Origin: Deferrisomatales bacterium
GTDB lineage: Bacteria > Desulfobacterota > Deferrisomatia > Deferrisomatales > JACRMM01
Direction: 5' to 3'
DNA: 55,505 nt
Assembly: GCA_033551855.1 (NCBI GenBank)
Contig: JAWSUI010000023.1
Coordinates: forward strand, 1 to 55,505
Every line of letters starts with the position of its first letter. The first letter of the stretch is position 1. The position numbers and the translations under genes were made by a program. Below the pieces are notes generated by a model. That model was not told the origin of the DNA. It did not search any database and saw only the letters and a program-made list of their open reading frames with translations. Shown here piece after piece: positions 30,116 to 40,953 of this stretch.

Positions 30116-31142
30116 GCTGCTGCGGCTCCTGAACGAAAGGGCCCGCCTCGCCTTGGCGGTCGGGGAGGTGAAGAAGGGGCAGGGCGTTTCCTTCTACGCG
30201 CCGGCGCGCGAGGAGGATCTGGTGCGCCGGCTGGAGGAGGGGAACCCCGGGCCCTTCCCGACCTCGGCGATCCGCCCCGTGTGGAAGGAGGTCATCTCCG
30301 CCTCGCTCTCCTTGGAGCACCCCCTCACCGTGGCCTACCTGGGGCCGCCCGCGACCTTCACCCACCAGGCGTGCCTGAAGCAGTTCGGACTCTCCGCCCA
30401 GTACCGGCCGGTGCGCACCATCGCCGAGGTCTTCGACGTGGTGGAGAAGGGGAAGGCGCCCTACGGCGTGATCCCCATCGAGAACACCACCGAAGGCGTC
30501 GTGAGCTACACCCTCGACATGTTCCTGGGCTCCGAGCTCAAGATCGTCGCCGAGGTCATGCTCCGGGTGACCCATAACCTCCTCAACCGGGGCGGTCGGC
30601 GCGAGGACGTGGGACGAATCTACTCCCACCCCCAGGCACTGGCCCAGTGCCGCCGGTGGCTGGAGGAGAACTTCCCGGACGCTCCCGTGTTCGATGCCTC
30701 CTCGACCGCCCAGGCGGCGAAGATCGCCGCCGAGGACCCCCAGGCCGCGGCTGTTGCGGGAGAGTTGGCCGGCACTCTGTACGGGCTGGACACCGTCGAG
30801 GCACGGATCGAGGATCACCCCAACAACTACACCCGTTTCCTTGTGATCGGCCGGGAGATCCCGGAGCGCACGGGCCGGGACAAGACCTCGGTGCTCTTTG
30901 CGGTACGCGACGAAGCGGGGGCCCTCTACCGCATGCTCCAGGCGTTCTACGAGAACGGGGTGAACCTGACGAAGATCGAGTCCCGCCCCATGAAACAGAA
31001 GGCCTGGGAGTACGTTTTCTTCGTGGACTGCGACGGCCACCTCTCCGATGCCGAGGTGGGCAAGGCACTGGAAGAGCTCGGGGCTCGGTGTCTCTTCGTC
31101 AAGGTCCTCGGTTCCTACCCGAAGGCGAGCCTGCCCGCGTGA
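30045..31142 (+). CDS. pheA: Chorismate mutase / prephenate dehydratase
   Basis: LRDAIDRVD, YLGPPATFT, PIENTTEG, SHPQALAQC, NYTRFL, KIESRP, LGSYP. Confidence 0.96.
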   Translation: MGEREDPRGQIGALRDAIDRVDAELLRLLNERARLALAVGEVKKGQGVSFYAPAREEDLVRRLEEGNPGPFPTSAIRPVWKEVISASLSLEHPLTVAYLGPPATFTHQACLKQFGLSAQYRPVRTIAEVFDVVEKGKAPYGVIPIENTTEGVVSYTLDMFLGSELKIVAEVMLRVTHNLLNRGGRREDVGRIYSHPQALAQCRRWLEENFPDAPVFDASSTAQAAKIAAEDPQAAAVAGELAGTLYGLDTVEARIEDHPNNYTRFLVIGREIPERTGRDKTSVLFAVRDEAGALYRMLQAFYENGVNLTKIESRPMKQKAWEYVFFVDCDGHLSDAEVGKALEELGARCLFVKVLGSYPKASLPA

Positions 31143-31169
31143 AGGGCGCGCATCCGGGCCCCCCGGCCT

Positions 31170-31258
31170 GCTGGGACACTTCTGCGAAGTGCCGCGGATT
31201 GCGGGGCGGAGCGGAGGGGTTCCCCGACCCCGAGCACGTGCCAGGTGGTGGATCCAGG
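31170..31258. mobile_element. MITE family 1 copy (left end unclear)
   Basis: Ends CCCGAGCACGTGCCAGGTGGTGGATCCAGG; interior is the reverse complement of 5160-5210. Confidence 0.7.
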
Positions 31259-31271
31259 CTCGTACCGGCAG

Positions 31272-31301
31272 TTGACACGCGGGGGCGCTGGGGTGGATAA
31301 T
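31272..31301 (+). promoter_or_regulatory. Putative sigma70 promoter of the tRNA
   Basis: TTGACA, 18 nt, GATAAT, 15 nt before the tRNA. Confidence 0.7.
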
Positions 31302-31316
31302 CCCCTGTCCCGATTG

Positions 31317-31393
31317 GGGCCCATAGCTCAGCTGGTGAGAGCTGCCGGCTCATAACCGGTCGGTCCCTGGTTCGAATCCAGGTGGGCCCACCA
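31317..31393 (+). tRNA. tRNA with CAT anticodon, most likely tRNA-Ile2 (lysidine)
   Basis: Acceptor stem GGGCCCA/TGGGCCC, anticodon loop CTCATAA, GTTCGAATC T-loop, ACCA end; no initiator features. Confidence 0.9.
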
Positions 31394-31462
31394 CCCCGCG
31401 GTCGCCGCTGCGTGCGCATGTTCGACTCCGAGCCGTTCGATCGAAGGGAGGTGGCTGCCTAG

Positions 31463-32623
31463 ATGGCGCTCACCCTCTCCGAGGTGGCGAGGGCCCTCGA
31501 GGAGCTCGCCCCCCTGGGGCTTGCCGAACCCTGGGATCGCCCGGGGCTGCAGGCAGGAGACCCCAGGGCGCCTGTCGAGTCGGTCCTCGTGGCCCTGGAC
31601 GCTACACCGGCTGCCCTCACCCAAGCCCTCCAACGAAACGCCCAACTCCTGGTCACCCATCACCCCCTCCTGCTCGAACCGCTCCCTCGCCTCGACCTCT
31701 CCAGACCCCTCCCGCAGCTACTGGCTCGCTTCCTCACCTCCGGTGTCGGCGTGTACGCGTCACACACCAATCTGGACCGCGCGGAAGGGGGTGTGAACGA
31801 TGCCCTGGCGGCCCGGCTGGGTCTGGCGGACGTGCGTCCCCTGGGGGAGGGGGAGAGCCGGTACAAGCTCGTGGTCACCGTGCCCGCGGGGTACGAGGGC
31901 CCGGTGCGCCGCAGCCTCGCAGCCGCCGGGGCGGGTCGGATCGGGGCCTACGACGGGTGCTCCTTCGCGTGCCAGGGCGAAGGCTTCTTCGTTCCGAGGC
32001 ACGGGGCTGCGCCGTTCCTGGGCCAGGTGGGTCGGGAGGAACGAGTCCGGGAGACGCGCCTGGAGGCCGTCGTGGGTCGGAGCCGGGTCGACGGGGTGCT
32101 GGCGGCCCTGCGCCGGGCCCACCCGTACGATACTCCGGCGGTGGACCTGTACCCTTTGGAGGGAAGCGCGCCGGAGAGCGGGGCCGGAAGGTGGGGCGTG
32201 CTCGCGGCCCCCTGCCGGCTTGGCGAGTGGGCGGCCGGTGCTGCTCGCGGCCTGGGCGCCGGATCTGCGCGCCTGGTCGGGGATCCCGGGGCCCTCGTCG
32301 AGCGGGTGGCCGTGTGCGGCGGGAGCGGGGCCTTCCTGTGGGAGCAGGCCCTGGCGGCCGGGGCCCAGGTCCTCGTCACGGGGGACGTGAAGTATCACGT
32401 GGCCCTCGAGGCGCGAGCTGCGGGCATGGCGCTGCTGGACGTGGGGCACGGGCCGAGCGAACGGCCGGCCATCGATGTGCTGGTCTCCCACCTCCGGTCC
32501 TGGGCGGCTCGCGGCGGGGTAGCGCTGGAGGTGGAAGGGTATTGGGAAGAGGACCCGTTCGCGGCGGTCAAGGGGCCGGGAGCCCCCCGCCGGCTCGGTC
32601 GCGGGCGTTTGGAAACCACTTAG
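31463..32623 (+). CDS. Nif3-like dinuclear metal centre protein (YqfO type)
   Basis: AEPWD..GL, VTHHP, SHTNLD..GVND, AHPY..PAVD, GSG, TGDVKYH, GH..SE. Confidence 0.93.
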   Translation: MALTLSEVARALEELAPLGLAEPWDRPGLQAGDPRAPVESVLVALDATPAALTQALQRNAQLLVTHHPLLLEPLPRLDLSRPLPQLLARFLTSGVGVYASHTNLDRAEGGVNDALAARLGLADVRPLGEGESRYKLVVTVPAGYEGPVRRSLAAAGAGRIGAYDGCSFACQGEGFFVPRHGAAPFLGQVGREERVRETRLEAVVGRSRVDGVLAALRRAHPYDTPAVDLYPLEGSAPESGAGRWGVLAAPCRLGEWAAGAARGLGAGSARLVGDPGALVERVAVCGGSGAFLWEQALAAGAQVLVTGDVKYHVALEARAAGMALLDVGHGPSERPAIDVLVSHLRSWAARGGVALEVEGYWEEDPFAAVKGPGAPRRLGRGRLETT

Positions 32624-32640
32624 ACGGCGAGGAGGAGACG

Positions 32641-33363
32641 TTGGAAGCAGACGTGCTGGGCTTGTTGGAGACACTGCAGGAAGTGGCCGACGAGATCGAT
32701 CGCCTGGAGGCCAGGCGTCGGGAAGCGACCCAAGGGAAGGAGCAGGCCGAGGAGACCCTGCACAAGGCCGAGGGGGCCCTCGGCGAGAAAGAGGGCATGG
32801 CTCGGGCCATGGACATGGAGCGCCGGAAGCGGGAGTTGGTGCTCAAGTCGGAGAAGGACCGCATGGCTCGGGTCAAAGGGCGGCTGGGGGACGTGAAGAC
32901 GAGTCGGGAGTACCAGGCGGTTCTGCAGGAGATCGCCTCTGCGAAGCAGACGATCACCGAGCAGGAGGAGGCGCAGCTGCGGGAGATGCAGGAGCTGGAA
33001 ACCATGGAGTCGGAGATCGAGGCTCTGCGCGGGACGATCCAGGGGATGGCCCAGGCCCTCCAGGAGGCCGAGCGGGCGCTCTCCCAGGTGCTGGGACAGA
33101 CCGAGGCGGCGGTAGCCGAGCGAAAAGAGCAGGAGGCGACGATTCTCAAGAGCCTCCCGCGCGAGGTCGTGGACCGCTACCGGCTCATCCGCTCGCGGCG
33201 AGGGGGCCTGGCGGTGGTGCCCGCCCGGAACGAGGCCTGCACGGCGTGCTTCATGCGGATCCCGCCTCAGATGTATAATGAGGTCATGCGGCGCTCCAAA
33301 GTGATCCAGTGTCCCAACTGCCACCGGATTCTGGTCCCGGCGAAAGTCGCCGCGGAGGTGTGA
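32641..33363 (+). CDS. Coiled-coil protein with C4 zinc ribbon (DUF164-like)
   Basis: Long coiled coil, KTSREYQA, CTACFMRIPPQ..CPNCHRIL; TTG start with GAGGAG RBS. Confidence 0.9.
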   Translation: MEADVLGLLETLQEVADEIDRLEARRREATQGKEQAEETLHKAEGALGEKEGMARAMDMERRKRELVLKSEKDRMARVKGRLGDVKTSREYQAVLQEIASAKQTITEQEEAQLREMQELETMESEIEALRGTIQGMAQALQEAERALSQVLGQTEAAVAERKEQEATILKSLPREVVDRYRLIRSRRGGLAVVPARNEACTACFMRIPPQMYNEVMRRSKVIQCPNCHRILVPAKVAAEV

Positions 33364-33427
33364 GACGCCAGCCCACCCGAAAGCCGGCGGGGGCCGCGTC
33401 GGGAGGGAGCGAATTTGGACGGGTGGA

Positions 33428-33785
33428 GGAAGGAGGGAGGGCGGGCAGCCGCCCCGGAAACGGGGAGGAAAGTCCGGGCTCCATAGGGCAGGGTGCTGGG
33501 TAACCCCCAGTCGGGGTGACCCGAAGGAAAGTGCAACAGAGAGCAGACCGCCGGGCTTCGGCCCGGTGAGGGTGAAACGGTGAGGTAAGAGCTCACCAGC
33601 GGCCCGGGCGACCGGGTCGGCTCGGCAAACCCCACCCGGAGCAAGACCAAATAGGGGAGCGCTACGAGGGCTGCCCGCCCCAGGCTCCCGGGTAGGTCGC
33701 TCGAGGCCTCGGGAGACCGAGGTCCCAGAGGAATGGCTGCCGCCCCGCGAGGGGCACAGAACCCGGCTTACAGCCCTCCCTTCCC
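33428..33785 (+). ncRNA. rnpB: RNase P RNA (type A)
   Basis: GAGGAAAGTCCGGGCTCC, GAAAGTGCAACAGA, GGTGAAACGG, GGCAAACCCC..GGAGCAAG, ACAGAACCCGGCTTA; complementary ends GGGAGGGC/GCCCTCCC. Confidence 0.96.
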
Positions 33786-33914
33786 TCCACCCGTCTCCAT
33801 CTCGCCTCCCGTCGGATCGCTGGCCGTCCGGCCTGGGAGGTCGAACCGAGGAGGCGGTCGTCACGATGGGGCGTGGGTGCGATCCCCGGGCGCCCGGCGC
33901 GAGAGGGGTTTGCG

Positions 33915-34466
33915 ATGTCCCGTAGCCGATGGAGAGTGGCGCTGGCGGCCGGACTGGCGGCCCTTTGCTGGGGCGCGGGGCCCGTGCCGGCTCAGGGCAC
34001 CGCCTTGCGCTTGAAGGTCGGGGACGTGGCCCCGGACTTCTCCCTCGAGGAGTTCTCGACGGGGCAGCAGCGGGCGCTCTCGGACTACCTGGGCCGCAAG
34101 GTGGTGATGCTCGATTTCTGGGCCACTTGGTGCGGGATCTGCGTCGCCGAGCTCCCCCGGTTGGTTGAGGAGTACGAGGCGCTCCGGGACCGGGGCTACG
34201 AGCTCCTCGCAGTGACCCTGAGTCGGGGGGACCGGGCGGACCTCGGGAGGATCCGTGAGCTCCAGGAGAAGCACGGGATTACCTACCCCCTCCTCATGGA
34301 CACCAGCCTCGAGGTGGCGAGGAAGCTCTACGGCCTAGCCGGGCCCATCCCGATCAAGGTGATCATCGACTGCGAGGGGAAGATCCGGGCCACCCACATG
34401 GGGGACTCCCCCGAGGCGATCCGGGACGTGGAGCGGCTCCTGGACGATCCTGCCTGCCGCCCCTGA
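33915..34466 (+). CDS. TlpA/ResA-family thiol-disulfide oxidoreductase
   Basis: Signal peptide, [25 protein letters not shown]. Confidence 0.88.
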   Translation: MSRSRWRVALAAGLAALCWGAGPVPAQGTALRLKVGDVAPDFSLEEFSTGQQRALSDYLGRKVVMLDFWATWCGICVAELPRLVEEYEALRDRGYELLAVTLSRGDRADLGRIRELQEKHGITYPLLMDTSLEVARKLYGLAGPIPIKVIIDCEGKIRATHMGDSPEAIRDVERLLDDPACRP

Positions 34467-34516
34467 GCGGCCTTCGAACCCCGCCCACTACTGCCCCCCT
34501 GTCCCCGCATCCCAGC

Positions 34517-34616
34517 CCGGAATCCACCGTTAGATGTTCGGACGGGGTCGGGGAGCCTTGGAGCGGAGGCGCTCCCCGACCCCGACCCCGAGCACGTGCC
34601 AGGCGGTGGATCCAGG
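34517..34616. mobile_element. MITE family 1, complete 100-bp copy
   Basis: Terminal repeats CCGGAATCCACCG and CGGTGGATCCAGG; CAGC on both flanks (34513-34516, 34617-34620). Confidence 0.8.
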
Positions 34617-34726
34617 CAGCCGGGGCCGCTTGCGCGTGCCCCCGCAGTGTGGTTTTCTGTCCCTTCCTTCGGCCGGGTCCCCTGGGGGCCGTCGCCGGCC
34701 CCTCCATCGGCACAAGGAGTGCGAAG

Positions 34727-37498
34727 ATGCCCCGGTTCGCTCCCCCCGCACAGCTTTCGACCCGTTCCGGCCAGGTGCGCTACCACAGCCTCCCGGCCCT
34801 CGAAGCGGTGGGTTTCGCCGGCGTCTCGCGCCTCCCCTTCTCCATCAAGGTCCTCCTGGAGGCGGCCCTGCGAAACTGCGACGGCTACCTGGTCGACGAG
34901 GGCCAGGTGGAGGCGCTGGCCCGCTGGGGCGCCGCCGAAGAGCCGGAGCGCGAGATCGCCTTCCTTCCGGCCCGGGTGCTGCTCCAGGACTTCACCGGCG
35001 TTCCGGCGGTCGTCGACCTGGCGGCCCTGCGGGCAGCCATGGACCGGCTGGGAGGGGACCCCGGTAAGATCAACCCTCTCATCCCGGTGGACCTGGTCAT
35101 CGACCACTCGGTCCAGGTCGACCGCTTCGGCACCGAGGCGTCCCTCGCCTACAACGCCGAGAAGGAGTTCGAGCGGAACCGTGAGCGCTACGAGCTCCTC
35201 AAGTGGGGGCAGGAGGCCTTCGCCAACTTCCGGGTTGTGCCCCCGGCCACCGGGATCTGCCACCAAGTCAACCTGGAGCACCTGGCCCGGGTGGTCCAGG
35301 TGCGGGACGGGGTCGCCTTCCCCGACTCCCTGGTCGGCACAGACTCCCATACGACCATGATCAACGGCCTGGGGGTGGTCGGGTGGGGCGTCGGAGGCAT
35401 CGAGGCCGAGGCCGTGATGCTCGGCCAGCCCATCTACATGCTCCCGCCTGCCGTGGTGGGCATGCGGCTGACCGGAGCCCTCGGCCCCGGGGTCACCGCA
35501 ACCGACCTGGTCCTCACCGTGACCCAGGCGCTGCGCCGTCACGGGGTCGTGGGGAAGTTCGTGGAGTTCGTCGGCACGGGCCTCTCCTCCCTGAGCCTGC
35601 CGGACCGGGCCACCCTGGCCAACATGGCGCCGGAGTACGGCGCCACGGTGGGCTTTTTTCCCGTGGACCGGGTCACCCTCGACTACCTGCGGTTCACCGG
35701 CCGGGGAGATGAGCTGGCCGATCTCGTGGAGCGCTACGCCAAGGAGCAGGGGTTGTTCCGCGGCGACGACGCGCCGGAGCCCGTGTATACGGAGGTGCTC
35801 GAGCTCGACATGGCCGAGGTGCAGCCCTGCCTGGCGGGTCCTCGGAGGCCCCAGGACCGGGTGGCACTGACCCAGGTGAAGCGGGCGTTCGAGAAGGAAC
35901 TGCGCACCACCTACAGCAAGGGAGTGGAGGCCGACCGTCCCGAGGACACCAACGGGTGTCGGTGGCTGGAGGAGGGGGGGACGCCCCTGGCGGGTCCCCT
36001 GATCCACCAGCCCCACCGCGCCGACTCCTACGAGCGGGACCGGACCCCGGTGCGGCTGGGGGACGTGGAGACCTCCCTCACCCACGGGTCGGTGGTGATC
36101 GCGGCCATCACTTCCTGCACCAACACTTCGAACCCGGCGCTGCTCCTCGGGGCCGGCCTGCTGGCAAAGAAGGCGGTCGATAGGGGGCTCACCGTCCGCC
36201 CCTGGGTCAAGACCAGCATGGCCCCCGGCTCCCTCGTGGTGACCCGCTATCTGGACGCGGCGGGCCTGACCCCGTACCTGGAGGCCCTGCGGTTCCATAC
36301 CGTGGGCTACGGGTGCACCACCTGCATCGGAAACAGCGGGCCGCTCCCGGAGCCGGTGGCGGAGGCCGTGACGGAAAACGACCTGGTTGTGGCGGCGGTC
36401 CTGTCCGGCAACCGGAACTTCGAGGGGCGGATCAATCCGCACACGAAGGCCAACTACCTGGCGAGCCCCCCGTTGGTGGTGGCCTACGCCCTGGCCGGCA
36501 CGGTGGACATCGACCTGCACACGGAGCCCCTCGGGCACGGGCCCAACGGGGAGGCCGTGTACCTCAGGGAACTGTGGCCCACCGAAGCTGAGGTGCAGGG
36601 CGCCGTGGGACGGGCGGTCGCCGCCGAGATGTTCACCCAGGAGTACGCCCGAGTCTTCGAGGGGGATCGCCTGTGGCGGGAGATTCCTTCGTCCGCCGGG
36701 GCCCTGTACGTCTGGGACCCGGCTTCCACCTACGTGCGGGAACCCCCCTTCTTCCAGGAGCTGAGCCCTGCGCCGTCGGGCATCCGGCCGATCCGGGGCG
36801 CGCGGGTCCTGGCGTTCTTCGGGGACTCGATCACCACCGACCACATCTCTCCCGCGGGGTCCTTTCGCGCCGGGAGCCCGGCGGGGGCGTACCTGCGGTC
36901 CCTGGGGGTGGAAGAGGAGGATTTCAACTCCTACGGCGCGCGGCGGGGAAACCACGAGGTGATGATGCGGGGCACCTTCGCCAATGTGCGCCTGCGAAAC
37001 CGGCTGGTGCCGGGGTCCGAGGGCGGGGTCACCGAGCACTTCCCCAGCGGCGAGACCCTGAGCATCTACGACGCAGCCATGCGCTACCAGGCCGAGGAGA
37101 CCCCCCTCCTGGTCTTGGCGGGCAAGGACTACGGCATGGGCTCGAGCCGCGACTGGGCGGCCAAGGGCACGTTCCTGCTGGGTGTGCGTGCCGTCCTCGC
37201 CGAGAGCTACGAGCGCATCCACCGCTCCAACCTGGTGGGGATGGGGGTGCTTCCCCTGCAGCACCTCCCGGGTGAGTCGGCCGCCTCCCTGGGCCTGACC
37301 GGCCGGGAGACCTTCGAGCTGAAGGGACTGGGAGAGGACCTCGCCCCGGGCCAGACCCTGCGGCTGGATGCAGAGGCGGAGGACGGATCGACCCGCTCCT
37401 TCGAGGCGGTGCTCCGGGTGGACACCCCGGTGGAGATGGACTACTGCCGTAACGACGGCATCCTCCAGACCGTGCTTCGAAAGCTCCTGGCACGATGA
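34727..37498 (+). CDS. acnA: Aconitate hydratase A
   Basis: [85 protein letters not shown]. Confidence 0.98.
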   Translation: MPRFAPPAQLSTRSGQVRYHSLPALEAVGFAGVSRLPFSIKVLLEAALRNCDGYLVDEGQVEALARWGAAEEPEREIAFLPARVLLQDFTGVPAVVDLAALRAAMDRLGGDPGKINPLIPVDLVIDHSVQVDRFGTEASLAYNAEKEFERNRERYELLKWGQEAFANFRVVPPATGICHQVNLEHLARVVQVRDGVAFPDSLVGTDSHTTMINGLGVVGWGVGGIEAEAVMLGQPIYMLPPAVVGMRLTGALGPGVTATDLVLTVTQALRRHGVVGKFVEFVGTGLSSLSLPDRATLANMAPEYGATVGFFPVDRVTLDYLRFTGRGDELADLVERYAKEQGLFRGDDAPEPVYTEVLELDMAEVQPCLAGPRRPQDRVALTQVKRAFEKELRTTYSKGVEADRPEDTNGCRWLEEGGTPLAGPLIHQPHRADSYERDRTPVRLGDVETSLTHGSVVIAAITSCTNTSNPALLLGAGLLAKKAVDRGLTVRPWVKTSMAPGSLVVTRYLDAAGLTPYLEALRFHTVGYGCTTCIGNSGPLPEPVAEAVTENDLVVAAVLSGNRNFEGRINPHTKANYLASPPLVVAYALAGTVDIDLHTEPLGHGPNGEAVYLRELWPTEAEVQGAVGRAVAAEMFTQEYARVFEGDRLWREIPSSAGALYVWDPASTYVREPPFFQELSPAPSGIRPIRGARVLAFFGDSITTDHISPAGSFRAGSPAGAYLRSLGVEEEDFNSYGARRGNHEVMMRGTFANVRLRNRLVPGSEGGVTEHFPSGETLSIYDAAMRYQAEETPLLVLAGKDYGMGSSRDWAAKGTFLLGVRAVLAESYERIHRSNLVGMGVLPLQHLPGESAASLGLTGRETFELKGLGEDLAPGQTLRLDAEAEDGSTRSFEAVLRVDTPVEMDYCRNDGILQTVLRKLLAR

Positions 37499-38142
37499 GG
37501 GGAGGAGGGTTGCGCCGGGCGGTGGCGTGGTCGCTGGCGTGGCTGTCGGCACTGGCGGTGCTCACGGCCGGGTGCGCCCTCGGGGGCAGGGGCGCGCAGG
37601 ACCGTTACGACAACGCCGCTGCCCTGGCGAGCACCTTGCACCGCCCCGCCGGGGGGACCGCCGAGGAGCGCACCTACCGCAACGGCCGCTACCGAAGGGC
37701 GACCTTCGCCGGGGTGCTCGTCTTGCCGCCCTCCGTGGAGGCTCGTTCTCGCGAGGACCCGGAGTACGAGGCGTTTCTCCAGGACGTCCGGCACAGCCTC
37801 GAGTCCGGCACCGTGCAGGCCCTAACCTCGGTTCGGCGTTTGGGGCCGGTGGATTCCTCCGTCCCGCCGGGCCCCGGGGTCTTGCTCCTCTGCGAGACCG
37901 AGGCGCTCGTCCACGTGACCCCCACCGGCCACACCGTGGAGCGGGACCCCGTCTTCCGGGACCCCCGCCCGAAGCTGATCGTGGTCTACCGCCTCGCCGA
38001 CGCGGCCACCGGGGAGTTGGTCTTCCAGTACACCGGCGTCGGGACATCGCACTGGGAGTATGGCCCCTGGGCCATGGAAGACCTTCGGGGAAGGGCCCTG
38101 GAGATCGCGGGGGAACTCCGGGACGTCCTGATGCGGGAGTGA
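37495..38142 (+). CDS. Hypothetical lipoprotein
   Basis: Lipobox-like VLTAGC after a hydrophobic stretch; ATGA overlap with acnA. Confidence 0.65.
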   Translation: MRGGGLRRAVAWSLAWLSALAVLTAGCALGGRGAQDRYDNAAALASTLHRPAGGTAEERTYRNGRYRRATFAGVLVLPPSVEARSREDPEYEAFLQDVRHSLESGTVQALTSVRRLGPVDSSVPPGPGVLLLCETEALVHVTPTGHTVERDPVFRDPRPKLIVVYRLADAATGELVFQYTGVGTSHWEYGPWAMEDLRGRALEIAGELRDVLMRE

Positions 38143-38283
38143 ACGGCCTCCCCCTCCCCTCACCCTCGTCTCCACCGCGTGGACGGGGCAGGGGGCTCGG
38201 AGGGCCCCGCCTCCGGTCCGGCGGAACCCTGGCGGCAGTGACACAGAGCGCTCGGGCGAGCAGTTGGGCGTCCCCTTCGCGAG

Positions 38284-39720
38284 GTGGTCGGATTGAGAGA
38301 GCCCTTCCTGCGCAAGTGGCACCGGTACCTGGCCGTCGTGGTGGCCCCTTTGATCGTTCTGCAGACCCTCAGCGGCCTGCTCCTCACCGTGGACTTCCTG
38401 TTCCGGTATCAGCGCCAAGTCCACGGCTTCCTTGCCGAAAGAGACCTGGCGCAGGTTGCGGAGCTTTGGGACCTGTTCCTCTTCCAGCTCCACTTCGGGG
38501 CGACTCGGGTCGGGTACCTGACCAACATCGCCGTGGGCCTGGGTCTGTTGGTCTTGATCGCGACCGGCGTGCCCATCTTCGTCCTGGTGCAGGCGCGCCT
38601 CGTCCGGCGCTGGAGGGGCGTCACGCAGGCAGAGGCAGCGCCCCCCCCCACGCCCGGCGAAGGCTGGGAGGCGGCGGATTGGCCGCGGCCGCGCAAAGCC
38701 CTGGCGGCCCTGCTGTCGTCCGCTGCGATCCTCGCGGTCCTCTCCGTGTACGCCTTCTACCGTTCCTACACCCTGAGCGCGCTGCACGTCCCCCACGCCC
38801 AGGCCGCGGCCGACCTCCAGGTGGAGGTGCTCGAGGCCCACACCGCGCTCGAGGAGTTGCTGGCGACCGGTGGCGTGGGCCGGGTGGACGTGGTCTGGGA
38901 CCGCCTGGAGTCCGCGCGCCGGATGGCGGAGGAGCTGCTCTCCGGCGTGCGCGCCGAGGGATTGCGCATTCCTGCCCTGGGGGAAACGACGCTGCGGCAG
39001 GAGATGGAAGAGATCCGAACCGGTATCGGTCGACTCCAGGATCTCACGGTCCAGCGCTACGTGGGGGCAACCCCCTCGGTTCCCGAGTCCCCTGGAGCCA
39101 GAAACGCGTACCTCGAAACCCTCCACGAGGTGAACGAGGGCCTCCAGGCATTTCGAGGGAATCTCGTGGGCGCCGTCCTCGGTGATCAGGAGCGGCTCCT
39201 CGCCACCAGCGTCCTCCTGCTCTCCGCGGCCTTCCTGGTGACCGTGGTGCTCGCAGTCAGTTACTACCGGTACGAGGCGGAACGGGTCCGCCACCTGGAG
39301 CTCGTCCACGAGGCCAGGGAGCGTGCCGAGGAGGGGGAGGAGTTCTTCCGCCAGGTCGTCCAGCAGGCAGCCGACCCGTTTCTGGTCTTCTCCCCCGACG
39401 GCCGCGTGATCGACGCCAATCGGCTCGCGTGCGCCTGGCTGGGATACGGGCGAGAAGAGCTTCTGGCGCTCTCGGTCGCGGAGGTGCTCGACGACTGCCC
39501 CTGGGAGGAGATGGCGGCTACCTGGGCAAGGATGGAGCCAGGGGCTCCTGTCTCCGTGCGTGCCCGGCACCTCCGGAGGGACGGCTCCACCGTTCCGGCC
39601 GTGGCCAACCAGGGGCTTCTTCGCTGGGGGGAGCGCCGGCTGATCCTCCACCTCGCCCGGGAGGTCGGCGGCACGGGAGACCGTCGCATGGGGTTTCGGG
39701 AAGGTCCTGTGCAGGGATAG
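38284..39720 (+). CDS. Membrane protein: PepSY-TM-like N-terminus, helical extracytoplasmic domain, C-terminal PAS domain
   Basis: LRKWHRYLAVV..SGLL, QLHFG; further TM helices; PAS motifs DGRVIDANRLAC..LGY.REELL and RRDGS..P. Confidence 0.7.
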   Translation: MVGLREPFLRKWHRYLAVVVAPLIVLQTLSGLLLTVDFLFRYQRQVHGFLAERDLAQVAELWDLFLFQLHFGATRVGYLTNIAVGLGLLVLIATGVPIFVLVQARLVRRWRGVTQAEAAPPPTPGEGWEAADWPRPRKALAALLSSAAILAVLSVYAFYRSYTLSALHVPHAQAAADLQVEVLEAHTALEELLATGGVGRVDVVWDRLESARRMAEELLSGVRAEGLRIPALGETTLRQEMEEIRTGIGRLQDLTVQRYVGATPSVPESPGARNAYLETLHEVNEGLQAFRGNLVGAVLGDQERLLATSVLLLSAAFLVTVVLAVSYYRYEAERVRHLELVHEARERAEEGEEFFRQVVQQAADPFLVFSPDGRVIDANRLACAWLGYGREELLALSVAEVLDDCPWEEMAATWARMEPGAPVSVRARHLRRDGSTVPAVANQGLLRWGERRLILHLAREVGGTGDRRMGFREGPVQG

Positions 39721-39793
39721 CGGGTCCGGCCGCGCGAAGGGCAGCGCCCACCCGGCCGCTGCCCTTCGGATTCCCCTACCCTCGGAGTGAGCG

Positions 39794-40003
39794 TCAGGTA
39801 TGGGATTCCTTCATGGAGCAGGTGCTGATCCCGAGGAACTGGCTGATCGGGCAGTACCCCACGACCGCCGTGGCGATGGGAACCAGGCCGACCAGCGCAA
39901 GATACGCCGCGGCCCCCTCGATCACGAACCACAGGGACAAGAGGAGCACCCCGAGAGCCACACGGAAGATACGGTCCGACATCGAACATACGTTGTGGGT
40001 CAT
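39794..40003 (-). CDS. DUF2892 (YgaP-like) membrane protein
   Basis: NV...DRIFRV.LG, two TM helices, TAVVGYCP...LGISTC; GGAGG RBS. Confidence 0.88.
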   Translation of the reverse strand: MTHNVCSMSDRIFRVALGVLLLSLWFVIEGAAAYLALVGLVPIATAVVGYCPISQFLGISTCSMKESHT

Positions 40004-40292
40004 GTCCCAACCTCCTTCCCCCGCCTACGTCCTCACGATAACCACGGATTCCAGGCACGCAACGGCCCGGCTCTCTCCTCTGCCCGGTCGCCGCACGCGG
40101 CCGATCCAGGCGGATCGCGCGTCGCCGAGCCTCCCAGGGTTTCCGGCGACGGCGTTGGCGGACGCGATGGACGTGCGTGACGAGGTGCCCGACGGGACCG
40201 TTGTACTTGTCGAGAGGAACAGCGGCCTCTGGGAGGCGGGAGGAGATCATGCGCGGGGGAACCTGGGCGACCCGCGCGCAACCCACGACGAA

Positions 40293-40323
40293 CAAGGGGT
40301 TACGCGGAACGCGTAACCCCTTG
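40293..40323 (-). terminator. Hairpin downstream of tRNA-Glu
   Basis: Perfect 14-bp stem CAAGGGGTTACGCG-GAA-CGCGTAACCCCTTG, 8 nt past the CCA. Confidence 0.7.
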
Positions 40324-40331
40324 ATATTACT

Positions 40332-40409
40332 TGGCGTCCCCAGGGGGATTTGAACCCCCGTCGCCGGCGTGAAAGGCCGGTGTCCTGGGCCGGGCTAGAC
40401 GATGGGGAC
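40332..40409 (-). tRNA. tRNA-Glu (TTC)
   Basis: Minus strand GTCCCCATCGTCTAG...CCGGC-CTTTCAC-GCCGG...GGTTCAAATCC...TGGGGACGCCA. Confidence 0.97.
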
Positions 40410-40472
40410 AGAGCAGTGAGCGTCCGGGTCGAAGAGCGGCTTCGGGACCGTCCCGGGCCCCGGAAGGGCGAA

Positions 40473-40501
40473 TAAATACCACGTCGGGCTGCCCTGTGCA
40501 A
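40473..40501 (-). promoter_or_regulatory. Putative sigma70 promoter of tRNA-Glu
   Basis: TTGCAC (40501-40496), 17 nt, TGg-TATTTA. Confidence 0.6.
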
Positions 40502-40523
40502 CCAGGATCACCAGGATCGCCGG

Positions 40524-40953
40524 CCTGGATTCATCGGAAGGCGCCGTCGGCAAGCGGAGTCCCGAAGCCCCTCCGTATTGGTTCTTCCGGTAAGCGACCG
40601 GGTGGTCCCGCCCACCCCGGCAGACGAGGCCGGGCTGCACGGTAGGTGCGCTGCCCCGCCGCATCCGGAATCCTCGCGACATCGCGACTCCCGAAGCGGC
40701 TGCTTGCGGCGAGCGGCCGTCCGCCCACGTGTTCGGGCCCACCCGATCGTCCCTGGACACGACTACCCGGTCATTTCCCGGATGATCCTTCGTCTTGCCC
40801 CGCAGTCCGCGGCAATTCGAGGAAGTGTCCCAGCGATCCGCGGTGCGTCGGGCATCACCGGCTTGCGCCGGCCTCGTCGACTCGGTGGATGCGGTGCGGG
40901 GCTGCACTCCTGGTCTCCCGGACTCCGCCCCACAATGTGGTGGTGGATTTTGG
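40524..40953. mobile_element. MITE family 1 copy with nested module D
   Basis: Ends CCTGGATTCATC and GGTGGATTTTGG; flanks CCGG/CCGA; 40861-40950 nearly identical to 3017-3105. Confidence 0.75.

Noticed and set aside
31317..31393. Initiator or elongator tRNA-Met
   Set aside because: Paired first position and no triple G-C anticodon stem exclude initiator; the acceptor stem fits Ile2 better than elongator Met, though this is not proven.
35900..36060. Apparent insertion in acnA (possible intein)
   Set aside because: Short, in a length-variable region of AcnA, with no intein terminal motifs.
40293..40409. tRNA-Glu as an integration site of a genomic island
   Set aside because: No integrase and no duplicated tRNA 3' end found in the window.
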